Assembly (NCBI GenBank): GCA_963675755.2
Contig: CAXXMD010000002.1
Coordinates: 2,240,001-2,304,000 of the forward strand
Length of the DNA stretch: 64,000 nucleotides
Direction of reading: 5' to 3'
Source of the DNA: a bacterium
Lineage (GTDB): Bacteria > Zhuqueibacterota > Zhuqueibacteria > Residuimicrobiales > Krinioviventaceae
Below the pieces are notes generated by a model, which made no database searches, was not told where the DNA came from, and saw only the letters and a program-made list of their open reading frames with translations. Shown here piece by piece: positions 41,631-51,731 of this stretch. The position numbers and the translations under genes are program-made. Each line of letters opens with the position of its first letter. Position 1 is the stretch's first letter.

Positions 41631-42218
41631 TTGCAGGAAATCGTGAATTCGCAAAAGACTAAACACATTCAGGGCATTGGCCCCATTCAATTTGTACGCA
41701 GTTCAAAGGCCAAACGGGTCAACATCTCTATACGTCCCGATCGGGGTATACGTGTAGCGGTACCTCGCGGTATCTCATTCCAGCGCGCCGAGCAATTGAT
41801 AGAATCCAAACACGATTGGATAAAAAGTCACCAGGAAAAACTCAAAGCGGCAGAGAAATTTCATAATACTTTACAGCAGCAAGCCCCCACCAGCACCATG
41901 AATGTGAGAGAAGCAAAACTGTTAATCTCAAACCGGTTGAACCTGTTGTCAGAAAGATATGGTTTTTCTTATAATCGCTTGTTTATCAGGAACCAGAAAA
42001 CACGTTGGGGCAGTTGTTCATCGGTTAACAATATTAACCTGAACATCAAGATTGCCAAACTGCCGCCAGAACTCATGGATTATGTTATACTGCACGAATT
42101 GGTCCATACGCGCATCAAAAACCATAGTAAAAGTTTTTGGAACGAGCTCGATTATTACGTAGGAAATGCCAAAGCTGTTGACAAGGAACTAAAGAAATTC
42201 AAACTAGAATATTTATGA
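41631..42218 (+). CDS. YgjP/DUF45 (SprT-like) zinc-dependent hydrolase
   Basis: QKTRWGSCS, DYVILHELVH, NHSKSFW. Confidence 0.9.
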   Translation: MQEIVNSQKTKHIQGIGPIQFVRSSKAKRVNISIRPDRGIRVAVPRGISFQRAEQLIESKHDWIKSHQEKLKAAEKFHNTLQQQAPTSTMNVREAKLLISNRLNLLSERYGFSYNRLFIRNQKTRWGSCSSVNNINLNIKIAKLPPELMDYVILHELVHTRIKNHSKSFWNELDYYVGNAKAVDKELKKFKLEYL

Positions 42219-42225
42219 GCTAAAA

Positions 42226-43476
42226 ATGAATGAAAAGAAAACAATAAACTCGGATCTGATTCCGGACAGACAAAAACTTGAAGATGCTTACAATGAAAAT
42301 CTATCTCTGTTTGAGATTGAACTGCGCAGGCTAACCCGAAAACTAAAAAAAACCCTTTCTGAAAACCAGACCAACGCAACAATCAAATCTCGCGTCAAAT
42401 CCTTTGACAGCTTTTTTGATAAATTGTTGAATACTATACAAAATACCGGAACAAACGATATAGTTCTTACAGATATCATCGGAATTCGCATCATTACGCC
42501 TTTTCTTGAAGATCGTGATGGCGTTATTAAACTCTTGACCAATGAATTCAATGTTACAGAAATAGAATCCAAAGGAGAAAAACACTCTTTTAACGAGTTT
42601 GGCTACGATTCCACCCACCTCCTGGCGGATTTACCCGAGGGTTACCCCGCCATCAAAATGCCATATACCAAACCGGTATTTGAAATCCAGTTACGTACCA
42701 TCCTGCAGGAAGCCTGGGCTGAAGTTGAGCACGAATTGATCTATAAAGCCAATTTCTCTCTATTAAACACCTCCATCCGTCGCAAACTGGCATCACTTAA
42801 TGCAAGCCTTGCGCTTTCGGATGTTATCTTTCAGGAAATCCGCGACTATCAAAAAGAGATCCAAAATCTTGATGATAAACGTCGAGAAATGCTTTTAAAC
42901 AAGGTCAAAGAGATCGATAAAATGCCGCTGATTGACAAAATTGCTCCCAAACAGGACCTTGAAGCGAATATAAAAAGAGATATCAATTCGATTCAACCAC
43001 AACGAGAGCTGGACAAGCTGATTTTTGAAGCGCTGGATGCTCACAGCAATCAGCATTATACCCAGGCAATTCAAATATATACAGAAATTTTGAACCGGGA
43101 ACTGGAACCCAAAATATCATCCATCATTTACAATCATCGGGGTATGGCCTATTTTGTGCAATCTGAATATGAAAAATCTATTGACGACTTTACCAATGCA
43201 CTCCACTTTAACCCTAAAAACTTTAGAGCCCTGAACAACAGGGGTCTGGTTTATAAAATGGAGTCATTGCACGACAAGGCTCTGGCAGACTTTGAAGCAT
43301 CTATAGAAATTTTTCAAAACCAGGTAGACGGTTACTATGGCTGTGCCTTGATTCATTATGATCTCGAAAACTATTCCAGTGCCATCACCTATTGCAACAA
43401 GGCACTGAATATAAAACCGGACTTTTCGCCTGCAAAACAACTAAAAAGCATTATTGCATCAAAGCTATTTAGATAA
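42226..43476 (+). CDS. Small alarmone synthetase (RelA/SpoT synthetase domain) fused to C-terminal TPRs
   Basis: RVKSFDS, TDIIGIRI, GYDSTH, EIQLRT-AWAEVEH; about 4 TPRs (IYNHRGMAYF, ALNNRGLVY). Confidence 0.9.
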   Translation: MNEKKTINSDLIPDRQKLEDAYNENLSLFEIELRRLTRKLKKTLSENQTNATIKSRVKSFDSFFDKLLNTIQNTGTNDIVLTDIIGIRIITPFLEDRDGVIKLLTNEFNVTEIESKGEKHSFNEFGYDSTHLLADLPEGYPAIKMPYTKPVFEIQLRTILQEAWAEVEHELIYKANFSLLNTSIRRKLASLNASLALSDVIFQEIRDYQKEIQNLDDKRREMLLNKVKEIDKMPLIDKIAPKQDLEANIKRDINSIQPQRELDKLIFEALDAHSNQHYTQAIQIYTEILNRELEPKISSIIYNHRGMAYFVQSEYEKSIDDFTNALHFNPKNFRALNNRGLVYKMESLHDKALADFEASIEIFQNQVDGYYGCALIHYDLENYSSAITYCNKALNIKPDFSPAKQLKSIIASKLFR

Positions 43477-43557
43477 TAAAAACAATTTGAAACTTTTTGC
43501 ACGTTTCTCCGTATTTTATTTGTTGGAAAAATTAATCATTTAAAAATGGAGTGAAAC

Positions 43558-45591
43558 GTGAAAAAAGTCTTTATGCTTCTTACACTTTTCAGCTTTATCC
43601 TGGTAGCAGGATGCACGCAATCCCCTCAAACCACTAAAGCAATCGATCCCCAAAACATGGATCTAACCGTAAAACCGGGCGATGATTTTTATCAATACGC
43701 CAATGGAAACTGGATCAAAAGCCATCCCATTCCGGATGAATACAGCCGCTATGGCGCTTTTGAGTACCTGATTGAAGAAAATTACATCAAAGTAAAGGAC
43801 GTTCTTACCAGTGCTGCAGCAAACAAAGATGCGGCAGAGGGCAGCCTTGAACAAAAGATAGGTGATTTTTACAGTACGGCAATGGATACGGTTGCCATTG
43901 AAAAAGCAGGTATTTCGCCTCTAAAAAAAGATCTTGAGCGCATTCAGGCAATCAAATCCCCGCAGGATATTATCAAACAAATAGCCTATATGCAATCACA
44001 CCAAATGTATGCACCCTTTGTTACCGCAGCCTTTCAGGATGCAAAAAACACCGAAATGGTCATCATTCAAATCTTGCAGGGTGGACTGGGATTACCAGAC
44101 CGTGATTATTATACAGAAAAAGACGGACGCTCTCAGGAGATCCGTAAAGAATACCTCGTACATCTTAAAAAAATGTTCATACTTGCCGGTGATGATGAAG
44201 CAGCAGCGCAAAAAGCCGCGGACGATGTTATGGCATTTGAAACACGCCTGGCAAAAGCATCCATGAAGCTCATCGATCGTCGTGATCCTAACAAAACGTA
44301 TAACAAAATGGATCTTGCCCAACTCAAAAAATATACCGGCAAATTTGACTGGGACCTCTATTTTGATTCAATCGACATGAAAAATCCGGGTGACATGAAC
44401 ATTCGCCAGACCGGTTTTATCAAAGAGATGGCAAAAATGGTTTACGATACCCCGGTAGACAACTGGAAAACCTATTTCCGTTGGCACCTGCTTGATCAAA
44501 ATGCAGGCTATCTGAGTGATGACTTTGTAAACCAGAATTTTGATTTCTTTGGCCGCGTGCTTTCAGGCACAAAAGCCCTGCAGCCCCGCTGGAAACGCAT
44601 GCTGCAAACCACAAGCGGAGAAATGGGCGAAGCGGTAGGACAATTGTATGTTCAAAAATACTTTCCACCCGAAGCCAAAGCTCGTATGGTTGAACTGGTG
44701 GAAAATTTAAAATACGCTCTGGGTGAACGCATCAAAGCGCTGGACTGGATGAGCGATGAGACCAAAGTTAAAGCGCTGGCCAAGCTGGACAAAATGGGTT
44801 ACAAAATCGGATATCCTGATAAATGGACTGATTACAGTTCGATGGAAATCAAAGATGATTCTTTCTTTGCAAACACCATGCGTACCCGTCACTTTAATTT
44901 TAAAGACGAAATGGACAAGGCAGGTAAACCGGTTGATCGTACAGAATGGCACATGTCTCCTCAAACGGTAAATGCCTACTATTCTCCTACCATGAACGAA
45001 GTGGTTTTCCCTGCGGCAATCTTGCAGCCGCCATTCTTTGACATGGCAGCAGACGATGCGGTTAACTATGGCGCAATTGGTCTGGTTATTGGTCACGAAA
45101 TGACACATGGATTTGATGACCAGGGCCGCCAATATGATCTGAACGGTAACATCAATGACTGGTGGACTGAAGAAGATGGTGAACGCTTTAAAGAACGCTC
45201 ACAGATCCTTGTTGATCAGTTCAACAACATGACCGTGTTTGATTCTTTGCATGTAGATGGCAAACTCACCCTGGGTGAAAACATTGCTGATCTGGGTGGA
45301 TTAAATGTATCTTATACTGCCTATCTCAAATCCCTTGAAGGCAAAGAAACGCCGGCTCCCATTGACGAATTAACAGACAAGCAACGCTTCTTTATTGGTT
45401 ACGCGCAGCTCTGGCGCCAAACCATTCGCGATAAAGAACTGATGCGCCGATTAAAAGAAGATGTGCACTCTCCCGGCAACTTTAGAGTAAATGGTCCCTT
45501 GACCAATATGCCCGAATTTTATGCCGCCTTTGATGTACAACCCGGCAACCCCATGTACCGTAAAGCAGAAGATCGAGCCAAAATCTGGTAA
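43558..45591 (+). CDS. M13 family metalloendopeptidase (PepO/neprilysin-like), lipoprotein
   Basis: Lipobox VAGC; VNAYY, GHEMTHGFD, GENIAD, HSP..FRVNG. Confidence 0.95.
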   Translation: MKKVFMLLTLFSFILVAGCTQSPQTTKAIDPQNMDLTVKPGDDFYQYANGNWIKSHPIPDEYSRYGAFEYLIEENYIKVKDVLTSAAANKDAAEGSLEQKIGDFYSTAMDTVAIEKAGISPLKKDLERIQAIKSPQDIIKQIAYMQSHQMYAPFVTAAFQDAKNTEMVIIQILQGGLGLPDRDYYTEKDGRSQEIRKEYLVHLKKMFILAGDDEAAAQKAADDVMAFETRLAKASMKLIDRRDPNKTYNKMDLAQLKKYTGKFDWDLYFDSIDMKNPGDMNIRQTGFIKEMAKMVYDTPVDNWKTYFRWHLLDQNAGYLSDDFVNQNFDFFGRVLSGTKALQPRWKRMLQTTSGEMGEAVGQLYVQKYFPPEAKARMVELVENLKYALGERIKALDWMSDETKVKALAKLDKMGYKIGYPDKWTDYSSMEIKDDSFFANTMRTRHFNFKDEMDKAGKPVDRTEWHMSPQTVNAYYSPTMNEVVFPAAILQPPFFDMAADDAVNYGAIGLVIGHEMTHGFDDQGRQYDLNGNINDWWTEEDGERFKERSQILVDQFNNMTVFDSLHVDGKLTLGENIADLGGLNVSYTAYLKSLEGKETPAPIDELTDKQRFFIGYAQLWRQTIRDKELMRRLKEDVHSPGNFRVNGPLTNMPEFYAAFDVQPGNPMYRKAEDRAKIW

Positions 45592-45609
45592 GATCTTTTA
45601 ATTAATTAT

Positions 45610-45658
45610 AAATAAAAACCCCGGTTCCTGATAATATCAAGAATCGGGGTTTTTATTT
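45610..45658 (+). terminator. Rho-independent terminator (bidirectional type)
   Basis: AAATAAAAACCCCG...CGGGGTTTTTATTT long stem. Confidence 0.8.
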
Positions 45659-45700
45659 ACAGAAGACAAATTCACACGGAAAGATAAAAATACCAGACCA

Positions 45701-45742
45701 GTCCCTGAGTGTCCCGAACTTGCTTCGGGACGTATCGAAGGG
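45701..45742. repeat. REP-like structured element, copy 2
   Basis: GTCCCTGAGT-[GTCCCGAA/TTCGGGAC hairpin]-GTATCGAAGGG. Confidence 0.65.
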
Positions 45743-45777
45743 CCGGCATTCTAAATTTATCCTGGTTCCAAGACTCT

Positions 45778-47390
45778 CAGACTGTGTGAAAACGGCCTTG
45801 AAAAAGTGATATATTTATCAGATATTGTTTCTTGAATGGAGGATGAAATATGCGCTATGTTCAGGGCCATACTCGAAACCAGGAAACGCTGTTTCCGTCA
45901 GTACTGGATGATTATGTTACAGAAGATAATCCCGTAAGGTTTTTGGACGCTTATGTTGATATGCTGGATTTGAATCAATTAGGATTTACCCATGCCGATC
46001 CCAAAGCAACAGGAAGAAAACCTTATAATCCAGCAGATATTTTAAAATTATATATTTATGGCTATTTGAACAAAGTTCGCTCCAGTCGCTTGCTTGAAAA
46101 AGAAACAAACAAAAACTTGGAAGTGATGTGGTTATTAAGAGGTTTACGACCGGATTTCAAAACAATTGCTGATTTTAGAAAAAACAATAAAGAAGCCTTA
46201 AAAAAAGTACACCGTGAATTTGTTTTTTATTGCCGGGAGCTCAATTTATTTGAGTTGGAATTAATTGCGATAGACGGTAGTAAATTCGCAGCGGTCAATC
46301 ATACCCGAAAGGCATATAGTAAAAATAAGATCACAAAACTTATCAAAGAAATTGATCAAAGTATTAATGAGTATCTTGATAATATTGAACAAAATGATTG
46401 CAATGAAAATGAAATATCAAGATCAACTAGGAAAGAAGTAAAAAAAAAGATTGAACAGCTAAAGGCACAAAAAAACATTCTACAAGAATATGAAGCCAAA
46501 TTAAAGGAATCAGGTGAAACTCAGCTTGCCCTGACTGATCCTGACTGTCGTGTTATGCGAACGGGACATAATGGGCAAGATGCGTGTTACAATGTTCAAA
46601 GTGCCGTTGACAGGAAATACAAACTGATTGTTGATTTTGATATTACAAACGAAGGGGATGACCTTCATCAACTAGATAATATGACAAACAGGGTGAAAGA
46701 GTTATTTAAAATTGGAGGGTTCAAAGCTGTCGCGGATTTAGGATATCAAGAGAGGGGTGAAATTAAAAAATGCTATGATAATAACATCAAATGTTTTCTA
46801 CCGGAAAGTAATAGATCGCATAACAGTGAAAAAGGGCTTTATTCCAATAAAGATTTTAAATATGATGCAAAAAATGATTGCTATATTTGTCCCGCAAAAC
46901 AATACTTGAAATGGTCATGGGCCAGGAATCATGGAGGTAAAATAGAAAAGGTATATTGGACTGCCGCTTGTCGGCAATGTAAGCAAAAATCAAAATGTAC
47001 AAAATCTAAAGATGTTCGACGTATTTATCGTTGGGAACATGAAGAAATATTAGAAGAAATGCGTCAACGGGTCAAAGAAAATCCGGAAATCATTGCTGCC
47101 AGACGAAATTTGGTAGAACACCCATTCGGAACCATAAAGCATGCGATGGGGCATTATTATTTCCTCTGTAAAGGGCTCGAAATGGTTAAAACCGAGATGA
47201 GTTTATCCGTATTGGCTTATAATATGAAAAGAGTAATGAATATAGTTGGTGTAAAGAAGCTTGTAAATATTATTAAAATGCGTAAAAGTATTGAAAAGAA
47301 AACAAAAAATTACTTTTATTCTCTTTTCAACTTATTGTTTCCCCAAAATATCAATCTTGCTGTTCAATTGTGATATTTTCACACAGTCTG
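45778..47390 (+). mobile_element. IS1182-family insertion sequence
   Basis: Perfect 15-bp terminal IRs CAGACTGTGTGAAAA (45778-45792) and TTTTCACACAGTCTG (47376-47390); 3-bp direct repeat TCT on both flanks. Confidence 0.92.
45850..47373 (+). CDS. IS1182-family DDE transposase
   Basis: GRKPYNP, SSRLLE, PDFKTIADFRK, IDGSK, TDPD, ADLGY, VEHPFGTIK. Confidence 0.95.
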   Translation: MRYVQGHTRNQETLFPSVLDDYVTEDNPVRFLDAYVDMLDLNQLGFTHADPKATGRKPYNPADILKLYIYGYLNKVRSSRLLEKETNKNLEVMWLLRGLRPDFKTIADFRKNNKEALKKVHREFVFYCRELNLFELELIAIDGSKFAAVNHTRKAYSKNKITKLIKEIDQSINEYLDNIEQNDCNENEISRSTRKEVKKKIEQLKAQKNILQEYEAKLKESGETQLALTDPDCRVMRTGHNGQDACYNVQSAVDRKYKLIVDFDITNEGDDLHQLDNMTNRVKELFKIGGFKAVADLGYQERGEIKKCYDNNIKCFLPESNRSHNSEKGLYSNKDFKYDAKNDCYICPAKQYLKWSWARNHGGKIEKVYWTAACRQCKQKSKCTKSKDVRRIYRWEHEEILEEMRQRVKENPEIIAARRNLVEHPFGTIKHAMGHYYFLCKGLEMVKTEMSLSVLAYNMKRVMNIVGVKKLVNIIKMRKSIEKKTKNYFYSLFNLLFPQNINLAVQL

Positions 47391-47450
47391 TCTGCTTTGG
47401 AACCAGAAATTTAACACTTGTAAACCTGCTTTATCCGTATTCTATTAATC

Positions 47451-48866
47451 CTACCCTTCCCAATCGGTGTGGAACGTACCCTCTTTATCGGTACGTTTAT
47501 AAGTATGCGCGCCGAAAAAATCCCGCTGCGCCTGGATCAGGTTCGCGGGCAAACGATCGCGACGCAAAGCCTCAAAATACGCCAGCGACGCCGAGATTGC
47601 CGGCAAAGGTACACCCATTATCGCACCCTCGGCAACCACCTCACGCCATCCTGAAACACAAGGTTGAATTTCTTTAATAAAACCATCATCCACCAACAGA
47701 TTGGGTAAATCGGGATTCCGGTCAAAAGCTTCATAAATCTTGTCTAAAAAATCCGCACGGATAATACAGCCGCCCCGCCAGATCTTGGCAATCTCGCTCA
47801 TTTTCAGGCAATACCTGTATTCCTGCGAAGCCCGTCGCAGCAGTACAAATCCCTGCGCGTACGAACAGATTTTGGAGGCATATACCGCGTCACGGATCTT
47901 GGGTATCCATGTTTCAGCGTCGCCCTGAAACGTCTCTACACTGGAGCCATACGCCTTTTGCGCAAGAGGGCGCTCCTCGTCCAGTCCTGAAAGCGCGCGA
48001 GCGTGCAATGCAGAAATTATTGTTGGTATGGGTTCACCCAAATCCAATGCAGCTTGTCCGGTCCATGTACCGGTACCCTTCATGCCGGCTCTATCAAGAA
48101 TATTATCCAGCAAAATACCTTTTTTATTCTGGTCGTCCGGAAAATTTACAATTTTCGATGTAATTTCAATAAGATAAGAAGAGAGTTCCTGTTTGTTCCA
48201 ATCGGCAAAGGTTTTTGAAACTTGGTCCGGGGTCAAACCCAAACCATATCGCAGCAAGTCATAAGCTTCGGCAATGAGCTGCATATCCCCATACTCGATG
48301 CCGTTATGCACCATTTTCACAAAATGCCCCGCGCTTCGTTGACCAATATAACTCACACAAGGCTCAGCTTTTTCACCGACTTTGGCGGCAATCCGGTTTA
48401 AATAAGGTTCAAGGTACTGGTACACACCCTGGTCACCGCCCGGCATCATACTGGGGCCCCATAAAGCTCCCTGCTCGCCACCGCTAATGCCCATACCAAT
48501 GTATTGAATACCGGTTCCTTCCAGGTTATCAATACGCCTGTCAGTATCAGAAAAATGAGAGTTTCCACCGTCAATCAAAATATCGCCCGGCTCCAGATGC
48601 GGCACCAGTTTCTGGATCACCGCGTCTACCGCTGTACCGGCAGTCACCATAATTAAAATCCTACGGGGACGTTCAAGTGCCTGAACAAATTCAAAAACGG
48701 TTCTGGCGGCAACAATATTTTTATCCATCCCTGCCCGTTGTAAAAAATTTTCAGTCAGGTCATAGGTATAATTATATACGGCAACCGGGATCCGGTTGCG
48801 CTCCATATTCAAAGCTACGCTGGCACCCATTACCCCAAGACCAAAAACTCCAAACTGACATTGCAT
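47451..48866 (-). CDS. gnd: 6-phosphogluconate dehydrogenase, decarboxylating (GntZ-like, probably NAD-preferring)
   Basis: [43 protein letters not shown]. Confidence 0.93.
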   Translation of the reverse strand: MQCQFGVFGLGVMGASVALNMERNRIPVAVYNYTYDLTENFLQRAGMDKNIVAARTVFEFVQALERPRRILIMVTAGTAVDAVIQKLVPHLEPGDILIDGGNSHFSDTDRRIDNLEGTGIQYIGMGISGGEQGALWGPSMMPGGDQGVYQYLEPYLNRIAAKVGEKAEPCVSYIGQRSAGHFVKMVHNGIEYGDMQLIAEAYDLLRYGLGLTPDQVSKTFADWNKQELSSYLIEITSKIVNFPDDQNKKGILLDNILDRAGMKGTGTWTGQAALDLGEPIPTIISALHARALSGLDEERPLAQKAYGSSVETFQGDAETWIPKIRDAVYASKICSYAQGFVLLRRASQEYRYCLKMSEIAKIWRGGCIIRADFLDKIYEAFDRNPDLPNLLVDDGFIKEIQPCVSGWREVVAEGAIMGVPLPAISASLAYFEALRRDRLPANLIQAQRDFFGAHTYKRTDKEGTFHTDWEG

Positions 48867-49000
48867 ATATAAACTCCTTTTTTATACAGACACCTTCTTT
48901 TTAAAAATAAACATAAATCCAAAAAAAGCAATACAATAAAACAAAAAAATCAAGGTAATAAAATATCTGCCTTATTGTCACTTTCAATATCATCATCTTA

Positions 49001-50233
49001 CTATAGAAACAAAATCCTGCAAATATAAAGTGCAGCCAAAACACCCACCACATCCGCAATTAAACCGGCAGCAACCGCAAATCGGGTATTTTTTATATTC
49101 ACCGCACCAAAATAGACCGCAATAACATAAAATGTGGTTTCCGTGCAGCCGTACAGGGTTGATCCCAAATTTCCGATAAACGAATCCGGCCCATGGGTTT
49201 GCATCAACTCGGTAACCAGTCCCAATGTTCCGCTGCCGGACAAGGGCCGCATCAGCGCCGCGGGAAGTATTTCCGCAGGCATTCCAATCAAATCCGTTAA
49301 CGGAGCGAGAATTTTTACCAGTACACCCATAGCACCCGATGCTCTAAACATCCCCACAGCCACAAGGATCGCTACCAGATACGGAATGATGCGCACCGCT
49401 ACCTGAAATCCCTCTTTGGCACCTTCAATAAACAATTCATAAATGGGAAGCTTTTTTAATATTGCAACAAAGGGGATCAGTAACAATAACGTTGGTATCA
49501 CCCAATATGAAAAGGATGTAATGCTATGCTTAAAGGCCTCAGAGTTCATGATGAACAAAAGCGCCCTGCCAATACCGGTAAAATAAATGAATGCACCCAA
49601 ACCGGCAATACCCGCAACAGCAATGGTATAATTCTTTAAAGCGCCAATCCCCTTGCCGCTTCCCAGGTGAATGAACAGCTTTACAACAAAAATCACTGCA
49701 AGCGTAGCCATTAACGATGAAAATATAATCGTAAATATGATATCAACAGGATTAACAGAATTCAGGCCAACACGTACACCAATCATGGTCATGGGTATCA
49801 ATGTAATACTGGCAGTATTTAGCCCCAGCAGCATGATCTGCGCGTTGGTAGCAGTGTCCTTGTCAGGATTCAAGGTCTGTAGTTCTTCCATTGCCTTTAT
49901 GCCGAATGGCGTGGCCGCGTTTCCGAGCCCCAGCCAGTTTGCGGAAAGATTTAGCGTAACTGCACCTATTGCGGGGTGGTCCTGCGGAACATCCGGAAAC
50001 AGGAATTTTGCAATTGGCCGAACAAGACGCGCCAAAAAGCGAATGAATCCCGCTTCTTCAGCAATCTTCATCATCCCTAACCACAGGGTCATAATACCAA
50101 TCAAATCAAAAGCAATCCCCACCGAACTTTTGGCACTGCTAAGCACTGTGTCTGTCAAGAGTTCCATATTGTGGGTAAAACCCGCAACAATCACCGCAAC
50201 CGCTATCAGTAAAAGCCAGATATAATTGAGCAA
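49001..50233 (-). CDS. Fused SpmA/SpmB (nucleoside-recognition Gate domain) membrane protein
   Basis: LGLGNAATPFGIKAM, RPLSGSG, TETTFYVIAVYFG. Confidence 0.9.
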   Translation of the reverse strand: MLNYIWLLLIAVAVIVAGFTHNMELLTDTVLSSAKSSVGIAFDLIGIMTLWLGMMKIAEEAGFIRFLARLVRPIAKFLFPDVPQDHPAIGAVTLNLSANWLGLGNAATPFGIKAMEELQTLNPDKDTATNAQIMLLGLNTASITLIPMTMIGVRVGLNSVNPVDIIFTIIFSSLMATLAVIFVVKLFIHLGSGKGIGALKNYTIAVAGIAGLGAFIYFTGIGRALLFIMNSEAFKHSITSFSYWVIPTLLLLIPFVAILKKLPIYELFIEGAKEGFQVAVRIIPYLVAILVAVGMFRASGAMGVLVKILAPLTDLIGMPAEILPAALMRPLSGSGTLGLVTELMQTHGPDSFIGNLGSTLYGCTETTFYVIAVYFGAVNIKNTRFAVAAGLIADVVGVLAALYICRILFL

Positions 50234-50369
50234 AGTATTCTCCGTAATTTTTATTTATCCCTATTATAAAAATTTTTCACAACAAATAAAAATACTTGTT
50301 TCCTAATCGTATAGTTTGTAAATTTATTTGATAATTTTACAAAGGCCAATTTAATATGGAGGAAGAAAC

Positions 50370-50558
50370 ATGAAGGCTGTAGTTGATCCGGATCTCTGCA
50401 CAGGTTGCGAATTGTGTGTAGATACATGTCCAGAGGTTTTCGAAATGGATGACGATGTAGCAAAAGTTATTGTTGATCAGGTTCCTGCTGATTCAGAAGA
50501 TGGTGCACAAGAAGCTGCTGAATCTTGTCCTGCAGAAGCTATTGCTATTGAAGATTAA
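50370..50558 (+). CDS. Single-cluster 4Fe-4S ferredoxin
   Basis: CTGCELC...CP, AAESCPAEAI; GGAGG RBS. Confidence 0.93.
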   Translation: MKAVVDPDLCTGCELCVDTCPEVFEMDDDVAKVIVDQVPADSEDGAQEAAESCPAEAIAIED

Positions 50559-50587
50559 TAGCTCTTTTATCTGAATACAAATGTTAT

Positions 50588-50617
50588 GGCTGGCGCTTTT
50601 GCCGGCCTTTTTTTTTA
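50588..50617 (+). terminator. Rho-independent terminator after ferredoxin
   Basis: GGCTGGC...GCCGGCC followed by a long T run. Confidence 0.8.
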
Positions 50618-50665
50618 TAGGTATGCCGATAAACTAAACTAAAAGCAATCGGATTCCTAAAATCA

Positions 50666-50694
50666 TTGACAATTAATCCAGTTATTATTATATT
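50666..50694 (+). promoter_or_regulatory. Sigma70 promoter of the TRAP/sugar-acid operon
   Basis: TTGACA-17 nt-TATATT. Confidence 0.75.
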
Positions 50695-50702
50695 CGTGAA
50701 TA

Positions 50703-50722
50703 AATTTGAACCGGTTTAAATT
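50703..50722. promoter_or_regulatory. LacI-family operator
   Basis: Palindrome AATTTGAACCGGTTTAAATT (one mismatch, central CG) just downstream of the -10; the operon encodes a LacI regulator. Confidence 0.7.
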
Positions 50723-50741
50723 CAATATATTGGAGGTTAAT

Positions 50742-51731
50742 ATGCATTTCAAGTCTGTCAAGTGGCTTGTAGTATTTACAATTTTTGTATCTTTACTTTT
50801 TACCGGTTGTGGCGGCGGCGGTAAAAAAGTGGTTACTTTGAAAATCGCGCATGGTCTGAATGAACAGCACCCTGTACACAAAGGTATGGCGTTTATGGCC
50901 CAAAAAATCTTTGAACTTTCAGACTCTACCATGGTTATGAAAATTTTCCCTAACGAACAATTGGGTAATGAAAAAGAATGTATTGAGCAGCTCCAAATCG
51001 GTAGTCTGGATATGACCAAAGTATCAAGCAGCGCGCTTGAAAGTTTTGTTCCTGAAATGGGTGTATACGCAATGCCGTTTCTGTTCCGCGATGAAGCCCA
51101 CAAATGGGCAGTATTTAACGGCCCAATCGGACGCGAACTGTTAGACTCTGGCGAAAGCTCTGGCCTTAAAGGTCTCGTTTATTACGATGCCGGCGCTCGT
51201 AGTTTTTACACCACAAAAACTCCTATCCTCAAACCCGAAGACCTCCAGGGTCTCAAGATCCGTACCCAACAGAGTCCTATGGCTATTAAAATGATCCAGG
51301 CTCTGGGTGGTTCAGCTACCCCCATCTCCTGGGGCGAACTCTATACCTCATTGCAGCAAGGTGTAGTAGACGGTGCCGAAAACAATGCACCCAGCTTGTA
51401 TACCGCAAACCATTACGAAATTGCTAAACATTATAGTCTGGACGAACATACTGCCGTTCCCGATGTTGTTCTGATCAGCACCATCACCTGGAACAAACTC
51501 ACTCCCGAACAACAACAGATTGTACAAAAAGCAGCCGAACTTTCTGTTGATTACCAACGTAAAGTATGGAAAGAATTTGTTGATTCATGTCTGAAAGAGA
51601 TGGAAGAAAAAGGCCTCAAAGTTTACCATCCTGAAAAAGGCCCCTTTATTGAAAAAGGCAAAGAACTCTGGAAAGAGTTTGACGGCACCAAAATTGGTGA
51701 TTTAACCAGCAGAATTCTTGAGGTACAATAA
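50742..51731 (+). CDS. dctP: TRAP transporter substrate-binding lipoprotein DctP
   Basis: GGAGG then ATG 50742; lipobox FTGC; GLKIRTQ, ELYTSLQQGVVDGAEN. Confidence 0.95.
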   Translation: MHFKSVKWLVVFTIFVSLLFTGCGGGGKKVVTLKIAHGLNEQHPVHKGMAFMAQKIFELSDSTMVMKIFPNEQLGNEKECIEQLQIGSLDMTKVSSSALESFVPEMGVYAMPFLFRDEAHKWAVFNGPIGRELLDSGESSGLKGLVYYDAGARSFYTTKTPILKPEDLQGLKIRTQQSPMAIKMIQALGGSATPISWGELYTSLQQGVVDGAENNAPSLYTANHYEIAKHYSLDEHTAVPDVVLISTITWNKLTPEQQQIVQKAAELSVDYQRKVWKEFVDSCLKEMEEKGLKVYHPEKGPFIEKGKELWKEFDGTKIGDLTSRILEVQ

